DNA from: Eledone cirrhosa
Taxonomy: Eukaryota
NCBI GenBank assembly: GCA_964016885.1
Contig: OZ024757.1
Location: forward strand, 5,580,001-5,644,000
DNA length: 64,000 nucleotides
Direction: 5' to 3'
A program made the translations under genes and the position numbers. The notes beneath the pieces are model-generated. The model was not told the DNA's origin. It did not search any database and was given only the letters and a program-made list of their open reading frames with translations. Positions 12,537 to 25,900 of the stretch are shown here, piece by piece. Positions within the stretch are counted from its first letter, which is position 1. The number at the start of each line of letters is the position of its first letter.

Positions 12537-13428
12537 CGAGGTGTGTCAGAAAAGTTCCAGGACTGATGGCACAAAAGATTTATTTCAAACCCAAACTTCA
12601 CACTAAGAGTTATCTCCTTCAAAGTAATCCCCCTGGAGTATGTAACTGTAATCTTAGCTCTCTGCAGCAATCAAACTTTTTTCTTCATAATTTTATATAC
12701 ATGTCCTCTGTTTCTGGACGTCAAGCAATGAGCACAGAGCAACGAACAAACTTGAAAACTCCGTCAGAATCACTGGGATTGCTGCAGCAAGTGTATGGAG
12801 ATTAGACGATGTCACGCTCACATGTTTTTGAGTGGTGCAAGAGGTTTAAAGAAGGATGCGACGACGTGGAAGATGACCTCAGGAGCGGAAGGTCCTCAAC
12901 AACAAGGACTGAGGTCAACATTGAGCGTGTCAGGCAGATGGTGCGTAGCAATCGTCAGCTGACTATTCGACTGATGGCTAATGAGCTGGGCATGAATCGG
13001 GACAGCGTCTGGAAGATTCTTACTGAAGATTTGGACATGCGGAAAGTCTGCGCGAAGATGGTGCCAAAACTGCTGAACGATGACCAGAAGGGTCGACGCA
13101 TGCAAGTGTGCCAGGACATGCTCCAGCATCTTGAAACTGAACCAGACTTGCTAGGGACAGTCATCACCGGTGATGAGTCATGGATCTTCGAGTACGACCC
13201 GGAGGGGACCCGTTTTGAAGATGTAGATGACATCAAAAAGGCCGTGACGATGGAACTGTGGAGGGTCCCGGAAGAATCCTTCCAGGAGTGCATGCAAGCT
13301 TGGCAGAAAAGGATGGAAAAGTGCATTAGACTCCAGGGGGATTACTTTGAAGGAGAAAACTCTTAGTGTGAAGTTTGGGTTTGAAATAAATCTTTTGTGT
13401 CATTAGTCCTGGAACTTTTCTGACCCAC

Positions 13429-13432
<4 letters not shown>
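12537..13432 (+). mobile_element. Mariner (Tc1/mariner) transposon, internally deleted
   Basis: ~70-bp TIRs (cgaggtgtgtcagaaaagttccaggact.../...agtcctggaacttttctgacccacctca), TA flanks; transposase remnant. Confidence 0.93.
12728..13366 (+). pseudogene. Mariner transposase remnant: HTH region, MVPKLL linker, ITGDESW, then in-frame jump to the C-terminus
   Basis: Stop at 12803-12805; YDPE fused to GTRFEDV..WQKRMEKCI..GDYFE, so the 2nd and 3rd catalytic aspartates are missing. Confidence 0.88.
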
Positions 13433-13481
<49 letters not shown>

Positions 13482-14234
13482 TGTCTACATTATATATTAT
13501 ACACTATATATGTTGTCCATGGGAAACTCAATGGCTGATAAGCTTGACACTAGTGACATCACAACATATATATACACTATATTATATATACACTGTGTAC
13601 AATATATATATACAATATATATGATGTTGTCCAAGGGAAAGACAATGGCTGATACAGCTTGGCACCAGTGACAACACAACATATATATATACACTATATA
13701 TATATATATATATATACACTGTGTACAATATATATTATACACTATATATGTTGTTCAAGGGAAAGGCAATGGCTGATACAGCTTGGCACCAGTGACATCA
13801 CAACATATATATGTAACTTATATCCCAGACTTCCATAGATTATTTCTATTCTACAGCTATCTCTCTTCCCCAATTTCAAAATGTTCTGTTTACATTATTG
13901 TTATTATCATTCACTTGTTTCCACAATGTATATACTTAGACCTTGTTTTTGATATAAACCATGTTGGACATTGTCTCTTTCTCTACAAACTCATCCCTAA
14001 CCCCCACCATTACCTCCCCTTTCTCTCACTCATTCATTTCGGTGTTTACGAAGCTTGGTGACCATCTTCGAAATTCTTGCATACTTGCCTTGTCTAATAT
14101 GTCTACTTATATCTGCTTATTTCACCCAAATCTCCTGTGATGATATATGTCATGATGGCTACCTATCTCACATTTTCCCACTCACCAGCATAGGCTATTT
14201 GACCAATCAAACCTCAGCAACATGTCCTTACCCA

Positions 14235-14529
14235 TTACCAGCCCCAGCAAACTCTGCCATTACTACTACTGTCCTTCTAGCCCTTACCAGCCCCAACAAA
14301 CTCTGCCATTAATACTACTGTCCTTCTAGCCCTTACCAGCCCCAATACACTCTGCCATTACTACTACTGTCCTTCTAGACCTTACCAGCCCCAACAAACT
14401 CTGCTATTACTACTACTGTCCTTCTAGACCTTACTAGCCCCAACAAACTCTGCCATTACTACTACTGTCCTTCTAGACCTTACTAGCCCCAACAAACTCT
14501 GCCATTACTACTACTGTCCTTCTAGCCCT
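14235..14529. repeat. 49-bp minisatellite, ~6 copies
   Basis: ccagccccaacaaactctgccattactactactgtccttctag(a/c)cctta recurring at 14238, 14287, 14336... Confidence 0.92.
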
Positions 14530-14599
14530 GCACCAAAGAATTCTTGTTCACCATTATGTATGGAGGAGCGAAGGATAAATGGAACAACCCCGAATAAAT

Positions 14600-16147
14600 A
14601 AATGAATATGAATCCGCGAGTTACCAAGCACCCATGCGAAGCTTTAATTCAGAGACAGGAAGCATACACACTCCCCTTCAAAAATTCACCCTCTCCCACA
14701 AATGATGGCAAATGTCCAAAACTCTGAGTTGGCAGCATCAACATAAGCACAATGGAAGGAAGGGAAGGAGAAATTATAGACATGCTAGAGTGAAGGGATA
14801 TTGACGTATGCTGTGTGCAAGAGACTAGATGGAGAGGAGAGTCCGCTAGAGTCCTTGTAGGCAAAAGTTAGTGCTATAAATTTTTCTGGGTGGGAAATGA
14901 CAAAGGGATGGGTGGTGTAGGTATACTATTAGCTGACAAATGGGTAGATAAGGTAATAACCACACATATTGTTAACCAGGTAATACTAGAGGGTGTCATA
15001 CCAAAGGATTGGTGCAGCAGCATCATCGTCAACTGCTACAAGGGTAAAGTAGATGCACTAGATAGAATAAACTATAGAGGTATAAAGCTGATGGACCAGG
15101 TCATGAAAGTAATGGAAAGAGTCATAGCACAGTTGATCAGGGACTGGGTAAAACTAGATGAGATGCAGTTTGGGCTTGTGCCAGGAAAAAGCACCACTGA
15201 TGCCCTCTTCCTTGTGATGCAGTTACAGGTAAAGTACCTAGCTAAAAGTAAGCCGCTCTACCTGGCTCTTGTCGATATGGAAAAAGTCTTCAACAGAGTG
15301 CCCGTGTTATAAGCTGGTCGTCTCTTAGAAAACTAGGAGTAGATGAACGGCTTGTGAAAGCTGTACAAGCCATGTATAGGGGAGCAGTCAACAAAGTTAG
15401 GCTTAACAATGACTCTGGATGTTCAGAAAGTACAATAACTAGGGTAAGAACTGCTAGCTGCAAAAGGCTTTTCCCTCAAAATAAAAGGCAGACAGTATGA
15501 TGCGTGCATACGAAGAGCAATGTTACATGGTAGTGAGACCTGGGCGCTGTCTGTAGAAGACTTGCGTAGATTAGAAAGAAACGAAGCCTGCATGCTCCGA
15601 TGGATGTGTAATAGTAATATACGCGAACGGCAAAGCATTAACGAATTGAGAGAGAGACTGAGCATAAGAGGAATCAAATGCTGTGTGCAGGAGAGGCGGT
15701 TGTGTTGGTATGGACATGTGATGTGTATGAAGGATGACAGCTGCATAAAAAAGTGCAGAGCACTAGAAGTCAATGGACACCGCGGAGTGGGGAGACCCAA
15801 GAAGATCTGGGACGAGGTGATAAAAGCCGACCTTACCCAATTGCACCTCTCAAGAGCGATGACACAGGACCGTGACCTCTGGCTTCATGCGGTAATACTG
15901 AAGCACATAAGCAATATGCCCCCACCCCCACCCACTGTAAAGTAGCTCTGGAGGTGTCACGACAAAAAAGTACCAGGCACTGACTGTGAGGTTGGTGTTA
16001 GGAAGGGCATTCAGCTGTAGAAATCAAGCCAAAATCAGTTCCCATCTGAGCAAGACAAGGTCACCCCACCTGGCACTGCCCACAACAGGACAATCTGTCT
16101 AACCCATACTACCGTGGAAGAAGGGACGTAAAACGGTGATGATGATG
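14600..16147 (+). mobile_element. RTE LINE with both ends but large internal deletions
   Basis: EN start (VGSINISTM, CCVQETRW, GGVGILL) fused to the pre-RT region (YKGK..NYRGIKL, QFG..GKSTTDA, DMEKVFNRVP); C-terminal LHGSETW..RRLCWYGHV..GRPKKIW; 3' UTR and (GAT)n tail. Confidence 0.88.
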
Positions 16148-16212
16148 ATATACATATATATATACACTGTGTACAGTATATATACACTATATACAGTATA
16201 TATATACACTAT

Positions 16213-16645
16213 ATACAGTGCTGTAGTGGAGTCTGTGCTGCTGTATGGGTCTGAGACTTGGACACTGACCAAGAGACTCACTCAGATGGTGGATGGGTGC
16301 TACACGAGAATGCTGAGGATGGCTCTGAACATTAATCAGTATACAGTGAGGAAGAAAAACTCAGAGCTGTATGGGAGCATCCCAAAAGTCAGCTCAAAAG
16401 TGACACAGAGGAGACTGAGGTTGGCTGGACATGCTCACCGACATCCAGAGTTGACATTGCACTCAGTGCTCCTTTGGGAGCCCCGACATGGACACACTAG
16501 AAGGTTAACATATGTTGATGCCCTAAGGACAGACACTGGTCTGTTGGAGATGCAGGATATGGCAGCGATAATGAGGGACAGAGACCGCTGGAGAGAACTC
16601 GTCCATGGATCTCGGGAATTTTACCCGCCTTAGAGATAGATAGAT
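16213..16645 (+). mobile_element. 5'-truncated 3' end of a second RTE-like LINE family
   Basis: VESVLLYGSETWTLT..RRLRLAGH..LLWEP motifs; (AGAT)n tail after the stop. Confidence 0.8.
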
Positions 16646-16839
16646 ACAGTATATATTATACACTAGAGAAAGGCAATGGCCAATACAGCTTGGCACCGGT
16701 GACGTCACAACGTATATATATACTATTTATATACACAGTGTATATATTATATATACACTGTGTACAGTATATATACACTATATATATGTCCAAGAGAAAT
16801 GTTATGGACGATACAGCTTGGGACTAGTAACATCACAAC

Positions 16840-18672
16840 ATATATATATACAATATATATTATACAGTATATATACACTATATATATTATACAGTATATA
16901 TACACTGTATATATTATACAGTATATATACACTGTATATATTATACAGTATATATACACTGTATATATTATACAGTATATATACACTATATATATTATAC
17001 AGTATATGTACACTATATATATATATATATTATACAGTATATATACACTATATGTATTATACAGTATATATACACTATATATATTATACAGTATATATAC
17101 ACTATATATATTATACAGTATATATACACTATATATATTATACAGTATATATACACTATATATATTATACAGTATATGTACACTATATATATATATATAT
17201 TATACAGTATATATACACTATATGTATTATACAGTATATATACACTATATATATTATACAGTATATATACACTATATATATTATACAGTATATATACACT
17301 ATATATATTATACAGTATATATACACTGTATATATTATACAGTATATATACACTGTATATATTATACAGTATATATACACTATATATATTATACAGTATA
17401 TATACACTATATATATATTATACAGTATATATACACTGTATATATTATACAGTATATATACACTGTATATATTATACAGTATATATACACTATATATATA
17501 TATATTATACAGTATATATACACTATATATATTATACAGTATATATACACTATATATATTATACAGTATATATACACTATATATATTATACAGTATATAT
17601 ACACTATATATATTATACAGAATATATACACTATATATATTATACAGTATATATACACTATATATATATTATACAGTATATATACACTATATATATATTA
17701 TACAGTATATATACACTATATATATATTATACAGTATATATACACTATATATATTATACAGTATATATACACTATATATATATATATTATACAGTATATA
17801 TACACTATATATATTATACAGTATATATACACTATATATATTATACAGTATATATACACTATATATATTATACAGTATATATACACTATATATATTATAC
17901 AGAATATATACACTATATATATTATACAGTATATATACACTATATATATATTATACAGTATATATACACTATATATATATTATACAGTATATATACACTA
18001 TATATATATTATACAGTATATATACACTATATATATTATACAGTATATATACACTATATATATTATACAGTATATATACACTATATATATTATACAGTAT
18101 ATATACACTATATATATTATACAGTATATATACACTATATATATTATACAGTATATATATACACTATATATATTATACAGTATATATACACTATATATAT
18201 TATACAGTATATATACACTATATATATATTATACAGTATATATACACTATATATATTATACAGTATATATACACAATATATATATTATACAGTATATATA
18301 CACAATATATATATTATACAGTATATATACACTATATATATTATACAGTATATATACACTATATATATTATACAGTATATATACACTATATATATATTAT
18401 ACAGTATATATACACTATATATATTATACAGTATATATACACTATATATATATTATACAGTATATATACACTATATATATTATACAGTATATATACACTA
18501 TATATATTATACAGAGTATATACACTATATATATATTATACTGTATATATACACTATATAATTATACAGTATATATACACTATATATATTATACAGTATA
18601 TATACACTATATATATTATACAGTATATATACACTATATATATATATTATACAGTATATATACACTATATAT
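16840..18672. repeat. ~24-26-bp AT-rich minisatellite (tatacagtatatatacactatatatat), ~1.8 kb
   Basis: Direct tandem repetition; source of the spurious 460-660 aa Y/I/T ORFs. Confidence 0.95.
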
Positions 18673-18674
18673 AT

Positions 18675-18860
18675 GTCCAACAGAAAGGCTATGGCCGATA
18701 CAGCTTGGCACCAGTGACATCAAAACTCATTTCTACAGCTGAATAAACAGGAGCAACGTGAAATAAAGTGTCTTGCTCAAGGACACAACACAACACCCTG
18801 TCCGAGAATCGAACTCACAACCTTTTAATTGTAAGCCCAATGCTCTAACCACTAAGACAT
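18675..18860 (-). mobile_element. tRNA-derived SINE head and body
   Basis: Minus strand tgtcttagtggttagagc (box A-like)...gagttcgattctc (box B-like), then ccttgagcaagacactttatttcac core. Confidence 0.75.
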
Positions 18861-19571
18861 GATACGTTCCAGAACCAACCGTGATTTAGAGAGACCATAA
18901 AGACAACCGTTGTTTCCATAGTTTAAGCCTTAAAATACCTCTCATACATGCTTTAAGTACATATAAACTCATTAAATCACACTTTTGTATTTAAACACCA
19001 AAAACAGCCAGTAACGATCGTATAGAAACTACCACCAACCATCATACCACTAGTTACCAATGAGGACTATTGCCAGCCACGGTAGCCACTTGGTAATACA
19101 CTGGACATCTCCCGTCAATCTATGAAGGGTTTGTAGTAGATTACAGCAAAACACAATCAGTAAAACAGTAATGGAATGAAAAATATAAACATTTGTTCAT
19201 AATTAACGCCTTAAGATGTCCCTTCCTTACGATATACACTTTAATAACATTGAAACTTATTTAATAAGTTTAAATTTTAAACACTTTTTATTCAGACGTA
19301 CCGCGATAAGAAACTAGATATGTTCTAACGAATAATCCGCGATGTTGCGAAGATTACCGCGATAGGAAATTAGATACGTTCCAAAGAAATATCCGCGATG
19401 TAACGGGACCGCGAAAAGTGAACCGCGATATAGCGGGGGATTACTGTATATATACACACACAACATACATCTATCTATATACACTCATAACATTTATTTC
19501 GATTTTTTACATTAATATGTTGACTGAGGGTGACAACTGTTTCTTGTTTGAGGTTGTTCCAGTGGTTGAAA

Positions 19572-20500
19572 TATAGACGGAGGTAATTTAAATAATAAAG
19601 ACAGTCATGATAACAATATATTTTATATCACATGTAACAGTGGAATCTGATTAATTACTCGATCTTTGTAGGGGTCACATAATTATATTATTTACACACA
19701 TTAATATAGACATTACGTAAATCTTTGTCAACTTACCTCCTTCACATATAATCAATGTGTTGTGTTGTTAGGTTTTACTAACCAAAGAAATAATCTCTTT
19801 GTTATCAAATTAGAAGTTTCAATGTTATCAGCTTTATTTCACGACATTAACGTTGGTGTATCTTCTTCATCTTTAGTCATAAATTGATATCTTGTCAGAA
19901 TGAAGTAGTGAGGCTGACTTTATGTCTTTAGCTACAGATTAGATAGGAAATATATATATATTAGGTTGATATGTGGTCTAAAATATATATATTGTCTATA
20001 AATGACTGATAGCAGATGTTCTGGTGAAATAGTAGTTTTACTACTACAGATTGTAATGGAACTCTTAGAAGACACAATTGTAAAGTAAGAATAGATATGA
20101 CAGTGTAAGACTGATGTCGGGGAAATAAAATTGTGTATATATATATATATTAGAATAATTAAAGTTATAATGAAGACAGCAAGTACCCGGTGTCGTTGAA
20201 AATGATTTAACTCCCTTACCGGTGTAATACGTTAAAATTCCCTGATATAATTTAATACATTCAGACACACTTCCAATCGTATTTAATTGATGATAAATCA
20301 AAAAGTATCACTCAGTAAAATATCAATTATATATCTATGTAGTCTCTCACTCTGCTAGAAATAGCAGTGAAAATATCCATTAAGGATTTTTCTTTCTTTA
20401 AACTTTTACGTTTAGTTAAACAATCAACACAGCAAGTCTTTTGTACAGACTTCAGAATAAGCTCGAAAACCGCCAGAATATCATTCTCCTTCTTGCTATA
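19572..20500 (-). promoter_or_regulatory. Putative promoter plus non-coding first exon of ZNF gene 1 (donor at 19737/19736); duplicated at ~55680-56640
   Basis: Minus-strand GGAG|GTAAGT consensus donor; ~0.9-kb non-TE-like block repeated in the same orientation 36 kb away. Confidence 0.5.
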
Positions 20501-21409
20501 TATATATATATATATATACACGCCCGCACACATAATATATATACAGTGAAATTCCGTTATAACGAAATTCACGGGTATAAAGATAATTCGTTGTAACGAC
20601 AAATTCTTTATAATCGAAATAAATCGTCTGTTTCTTGTTCAATTGTATTCTAGTTATGGGGTTTCACATGGAACCTTATATATATAACACAGAGAAGTAT
20701 AAAGTCCAAGTGAAAATATAAGACAACATATAATCTAATAACAAGGTTAAAGAAAAGAAGGAAAAACAAGTGAAATGAAAGAGAAAGTTGAAAGGAAAAG
20801 TTAGAAAAGAATCATTGAAATAATTATTCTACAAAGTGTTCTGTCTCATTTAGAAAGTGTTTTCTATGTTGGCCAGCTAAAATCTTCCCTCACTCAATTG
20901 TATCAAGTTCATTAGTTAATCCTAACTTTCCTGTAAAAAATTACTGATTTCAACAACAACTTTTTGGCTAAAACCACCAACAATAACAAATATGTTTGTT
21001 TCGAGAGAGGGAGAGAAGACCTCTATGTGGTTACTTGACTTGTTGGAAATAGCAGCCAAATTTCTTTCAGGTCACATACCTTCTTGAATTAGGAAAGGAC
21101 TGTTTGGTCGGTTGCTTTAAACCTTCATAAGTAGATATAATTCAAACCAAGGGTCAGACCTGTAGTAATTGAATGAATTTCTCCACAATTTCGCCGTTCA
21201 TATTATAGATCATCTTGCCTGTGTTGAAATATGAAACCACAGAAGCATCACTATCGCAGCCTTGATCGTGGTTCAGTGACACTACATGCTCAACCCATCG
21301 GCCAACAGCTCCTACCCAACAACCAACACAACACCCCACCTAAAGACAAGAACCTTACAGTTAGCAGCCCGACTCCCTCTCTTTTTATTTGTAATATTAT
21401 GACGATGGT

Positions 21410-21560
21410 ATGATCTGAGTTTAAATCCCTCCGAGGTTAACTTTGCCTTTTATCCTTACGGGGTCAATAAAATAAAGTACCAGTAATGCACTGGTGTTGA
21501 TTTAATCTACTTTCCCCTCCCCCAAAATTGTTGGTCTTATGCCTATATAAGGAACCAATA
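21410..21560 (+). mobile_element. SINE with MetaSINE-like core (other copies ~31530-31640 -, ~31700-31860 -, ~35605-35795 -, ~38430-38615 -, ~56875-57020 +)
   Basis: Shared gagtt(c/t)aaatcc..ccgaggttaactttgcctttcatccttacggggtcgataaaataaagtaccag. Confidence 0.75.
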
Positions 21561-22929
21561 TTATCACCACGGTTATGTTAACAAATAAACTGTTTATTTA
21601 GATTTTTAAAAATTTATTTTAACATTAATTTAGATCAATTATAATAATCTTCTTTCATAGACATTAAAATCAAACATAATTTAATCATACATTGTAGTTT
21701 TTAATAAGTTAATAATTCATTGTATGTATATAAATAAATAAAATATTTTATGTGCATAACTGTCCATCTATATGTATACATGTATGTATAAAAATATATT
21801 TACATACATATATACATTTTCAGACGTATACACAAGAGTATATATATATATATTCATATAAATATATATATACACGTGTAGAATATTTAATGGAATACAT
21901 AAGAGTATATATTTATAAATATATGTGCGTATATATATATATATTTATATGTTTATATTTATATATCAATCATCTTTTAACATATATATGTGTATATAAA
22001 ATATATACAGGGTCTCCCCAAAAATGTATACACACGTCAACTACAGTCTATGTAAGTGTGTATACATTTTTGGGGTACACTGTAATATACATATCATGTA
22101 AGGTGACTCCTACATGTGTATAAATAAATATACATGTATTTTATTAACAATTTTGTGTAGAATCTGTTGTGTGTCCCAGGTTCATGTAGCTGTTGGGCAT
22201 AAGTTCCATATCACCCAAAACTGCCTTTAAACACATGTCAGATGGATTACAATATTCATTATTACAAATACTTTGACTATTCCCTGACAATTAGTACCAG
22301 TTTCAACATAGAATTATTTTAACAAAGTATATTTGATTTGATTTGATTTTCGCCAACAAACCACGTGTGGACATGGACAGGGGAAATAAACAACAAATCA
22401 CTACATTCCTTAGGGATCGCAGTAAGTACTTCACAAAATCTATAAACAACAATACACACAGATTTATATACAGATACATACCACATGCATATACACACAG
22501 ATTTATATACAGATATATACCACATGCATATACACACAAGTGAAAAGAAACCACACTATTTCGTGAGAGACACTATACCGGCCAATCTTACGTACATTTG
22601 TCAAATATCTCTGAACATTGACTTCGCTTCTAACCCACATACACATTTTAATTATATATATATATAATTATATATGCGTGTGCAGATCTTATTGCATACA
22701 CACACACATAATACATAGGAACACAGAAACAGAAATACAAAAACAAAACATAAACAAACATTTATCTTGTTAACTTACACAACATATTTATTTGTTTCAT
22801 GCACAGAATCTTCTGTACACACATCATTTAGGAAAACGGAAACAAAATACACCAAAAAACAAACAGAAATTTTTTTTATTTATTTCTATCGTAATCAAGT
22901 GCGCTAAACCTATATTGTTTACATTCTGT

Positions 22930-25900
22930 GTTTTTCTACGGATGGGCAGAAATAACAAAATTGCCACGGTGATGTCCATGGATGAAGTATGCGACAAAAC
23001 TGGTCGATGTTCCAAAATAGAACATTGCCCAGAAAACCACATCTGCCATATCTGTTCGGAACACGAAAACTCGTTCCATTATCGATGGGTCGAATGTGGA
23101 ACCTGTCACATCTCTGTCTGCCTTCAATGCGCCACAGGCTTCCGGAGGATCCCAGGCCAAAAAAAGAGACATCATAATGCTATGATGGATGGAATCTGGG
23201 AGATGGTACAGCTAAAATCTTGGTCCTTTCAGTGCCTGGACTGTATGCCTGCCTCCACTAATGTTATTGAAAAACAACAACAACAACAACAACCAATGAC
23301 TGTATCTCCCTCCACCATTGTTACTGAACAACTGCAAAAACCTATGACACTGGCTTCTGCTGCTATTCCTGTGGGAGAACATCAGAAACAACAACAACCC
23401 ATGTCTTCCACTCCCAGTACATCTCGACATCAACAACCGGCGGCTGAGTCTTCCCCTACCATTCCTGTGGAGGAACATCATCATCATCACCACCACCACC
23501 AACAATAACAACAACAACAGCAGCAAACAACAACAACAACAACCGACCAGTACAGATTTTGCAGAATTGCAACCAATGATTTCTGCTTTAAGAAGGGAAG
23601 TAACAGGAATAAAGGCAAGCATTCGGGTAGGACCCCACAATGAGGGGTCTTATTGGAATGCCTTGCTAAAGAATCTCCCTGTACCTCTTGCCGCATCTGA
23701 GCACACTGAGAAGACTGCGGAATCTGCTACCCATGAAGTAATTGCCATTGGGGTACCAGAGGACAAAGCTGATCTTCAGGCATTTGCTGCCAGCTCAGCC
23801 AAAGACCTAGGCTGTGTTCCCCCAAAGGGTGCTCTTTGCCTTGGTCGACCTCGTCCAAAACTAAACTCATCAGGCTGTCTTTTTCGGACCCCGCTGAGGC
23901 AATCTCATACCATCTGGCCTCTGTTAAAGCTGGGCGTGAAAATCGGATTACCTTCTGAACACACCCAGGCCTACCACCCCATGTACGTCGAAAGCTACGT
24001 GCTGCAGCTTCCTTGAATCGGAACTCAGCACAACATGAAAGTTTTAGTCTGCGTGATGATGGGCAGATCTAGAGGTTTGTTAAGGCTGGTGAAACGTGGA
24101 AGAGAGATACCAGCAGGTCTGAGTGTGCTCTATCCACAATAACTAGCAATAAAAAAAACTGCAACAACTCTGGGAAACTAAACCAGAACAACCTGCCACC
24201 CTCTACACACCATGATAAACTGTAACCAGGGTACAAATTGTTGTCCTTAAATGCTCGCATTTTTATGCAACAAGATACATCTGTTTGACTCCTACGTCAG
24301 AAGCATCGACCCTGACTTCATCACAGTCACAGAAACATGGGCACATTCCTTACTCTGTGATGGGGTTTTCAGCATTACTGGGTACAACCTTTCCGCAAGG
24401 ACCGCATTAATCGCCGTGGTGGTGGTGTGATGGTCTACGTTCGTTCAAACTTTTCGGTAATTCCTTGCATTGATTTGAACGAATCACAGGAAGAAGTTTT
24501 TTTCTGTGACGTACGTATGGCCATGTCAACACTTCTGCTTGGTGTTGTTTATCGCCCCCCAAACTACCATCAGGACACACAGCTTTGCGATATCCTCAGA
24601 GTTGCTGCCAAGAAAACAGCCACTTATGTGTTTATTGCAGGTGACTTCAATCATCCTAAGATCGATTGGGAAACCTTTCGTTGGCCACAAGGTGCAAACG
24701 ATTTCCTTGAACTAGTGCTGGACTCAAACTGGTCACAAGTAGTCACCTCTCCAACAAGAGGTAACAACACTTTGGACCTGATCTTCACCACTACTCCTGA
24801 AGTGGTTATCAGTTGTACTACTGAGGAACCTCTAGGCGACTCTGATCATGCTATGATCATTGCCAATCTGGCACTTGAGGGCAGCAACAAAAACCAGAGC
24901 CATCTCCAATCTGCTTGCTTTGATTGGAAGAGGGCGGATTGGAACTTGTACTGCACTGAGCTACAGCGCCCAAACTGGCATGAGATGTGAACACTATACT
25001 CCAGAGCATCCTGGACTCAATATGGATAGCGTGTGCAGCATCGGTGCCACGTAAGCGGAAAAATAACCACCCCAAAAGTGCAATTTGGGAAACTTCAGCG
25101 GTCCGACTTGCCAGGAAAGAACGTCGGAACGCTGAACGGGAATATAAACTGCATAAATCAGATGACAACAGAAAAAAGCGGAATAAATATTCTAACCATC
25201 TCAAGCAAGTGACAAAGAAGGCAGTGTTTGAATTTGAACAGTGCATAGCAACCAATCCTGACAATAAGGTGTTCTGGAAATATGTTCATTCAAAGCAGAG
25301 ACCTCACTCTCCAGTTGGTCCTCTTTGCAATCCCCACACAAGCCAGATCACTGATGATCCCAAATAATGCGCAGAACTTATTGCTGAGTGCTATGCAAGT
25401 ATTTTTACTGTTGAAAACCAGAATGTACCATCTCTAACATCAAATTCCATAACAACTATGGAATTTACACCTGCAATGTTGCGACGTCACCTTAAGAATA
25501 AGCGCAACTATGCCTCCCTGGTCTTGATGGTGTGACATAACTGCTTCTCAAACATGGCGGGTATTACATTTTGCACCAGCTTTCTTTCTTCTTTCAATAC
25601 TGTCTCAACAATGGTGCTATTCTGGAGCAGTGGAAAACTGCCAGTGTCATTCCCCTGTTCAAAAAGGGCAACCGCATGTCACCTGTCAACTATCGTCCAG
25701 TCAGTCTTACTAGCTGTATGGCCAAACAGATGGAATCCTGTGTCAAGGAAACACTTTGGAACTTCTGGAGCTCTCACAGCCTCATCCGGCCCTCACAGTT
25801 TGGATTTATCCCTAACTCCAGCTGCTGTGATGAGCTTATCGAGTTCCTTGAAGACATCACCCGGATCACTGACAACGCCTCATGGGTGGATGTTGGTTAC

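Noticed and set aside
16760-18746. 460-660-aa Tyr/Ile/Thr-rich ORFs in three frames
   Set aside because: Translation of a stop-free 24-26-bp minisatellite; no sign of real coding sequence
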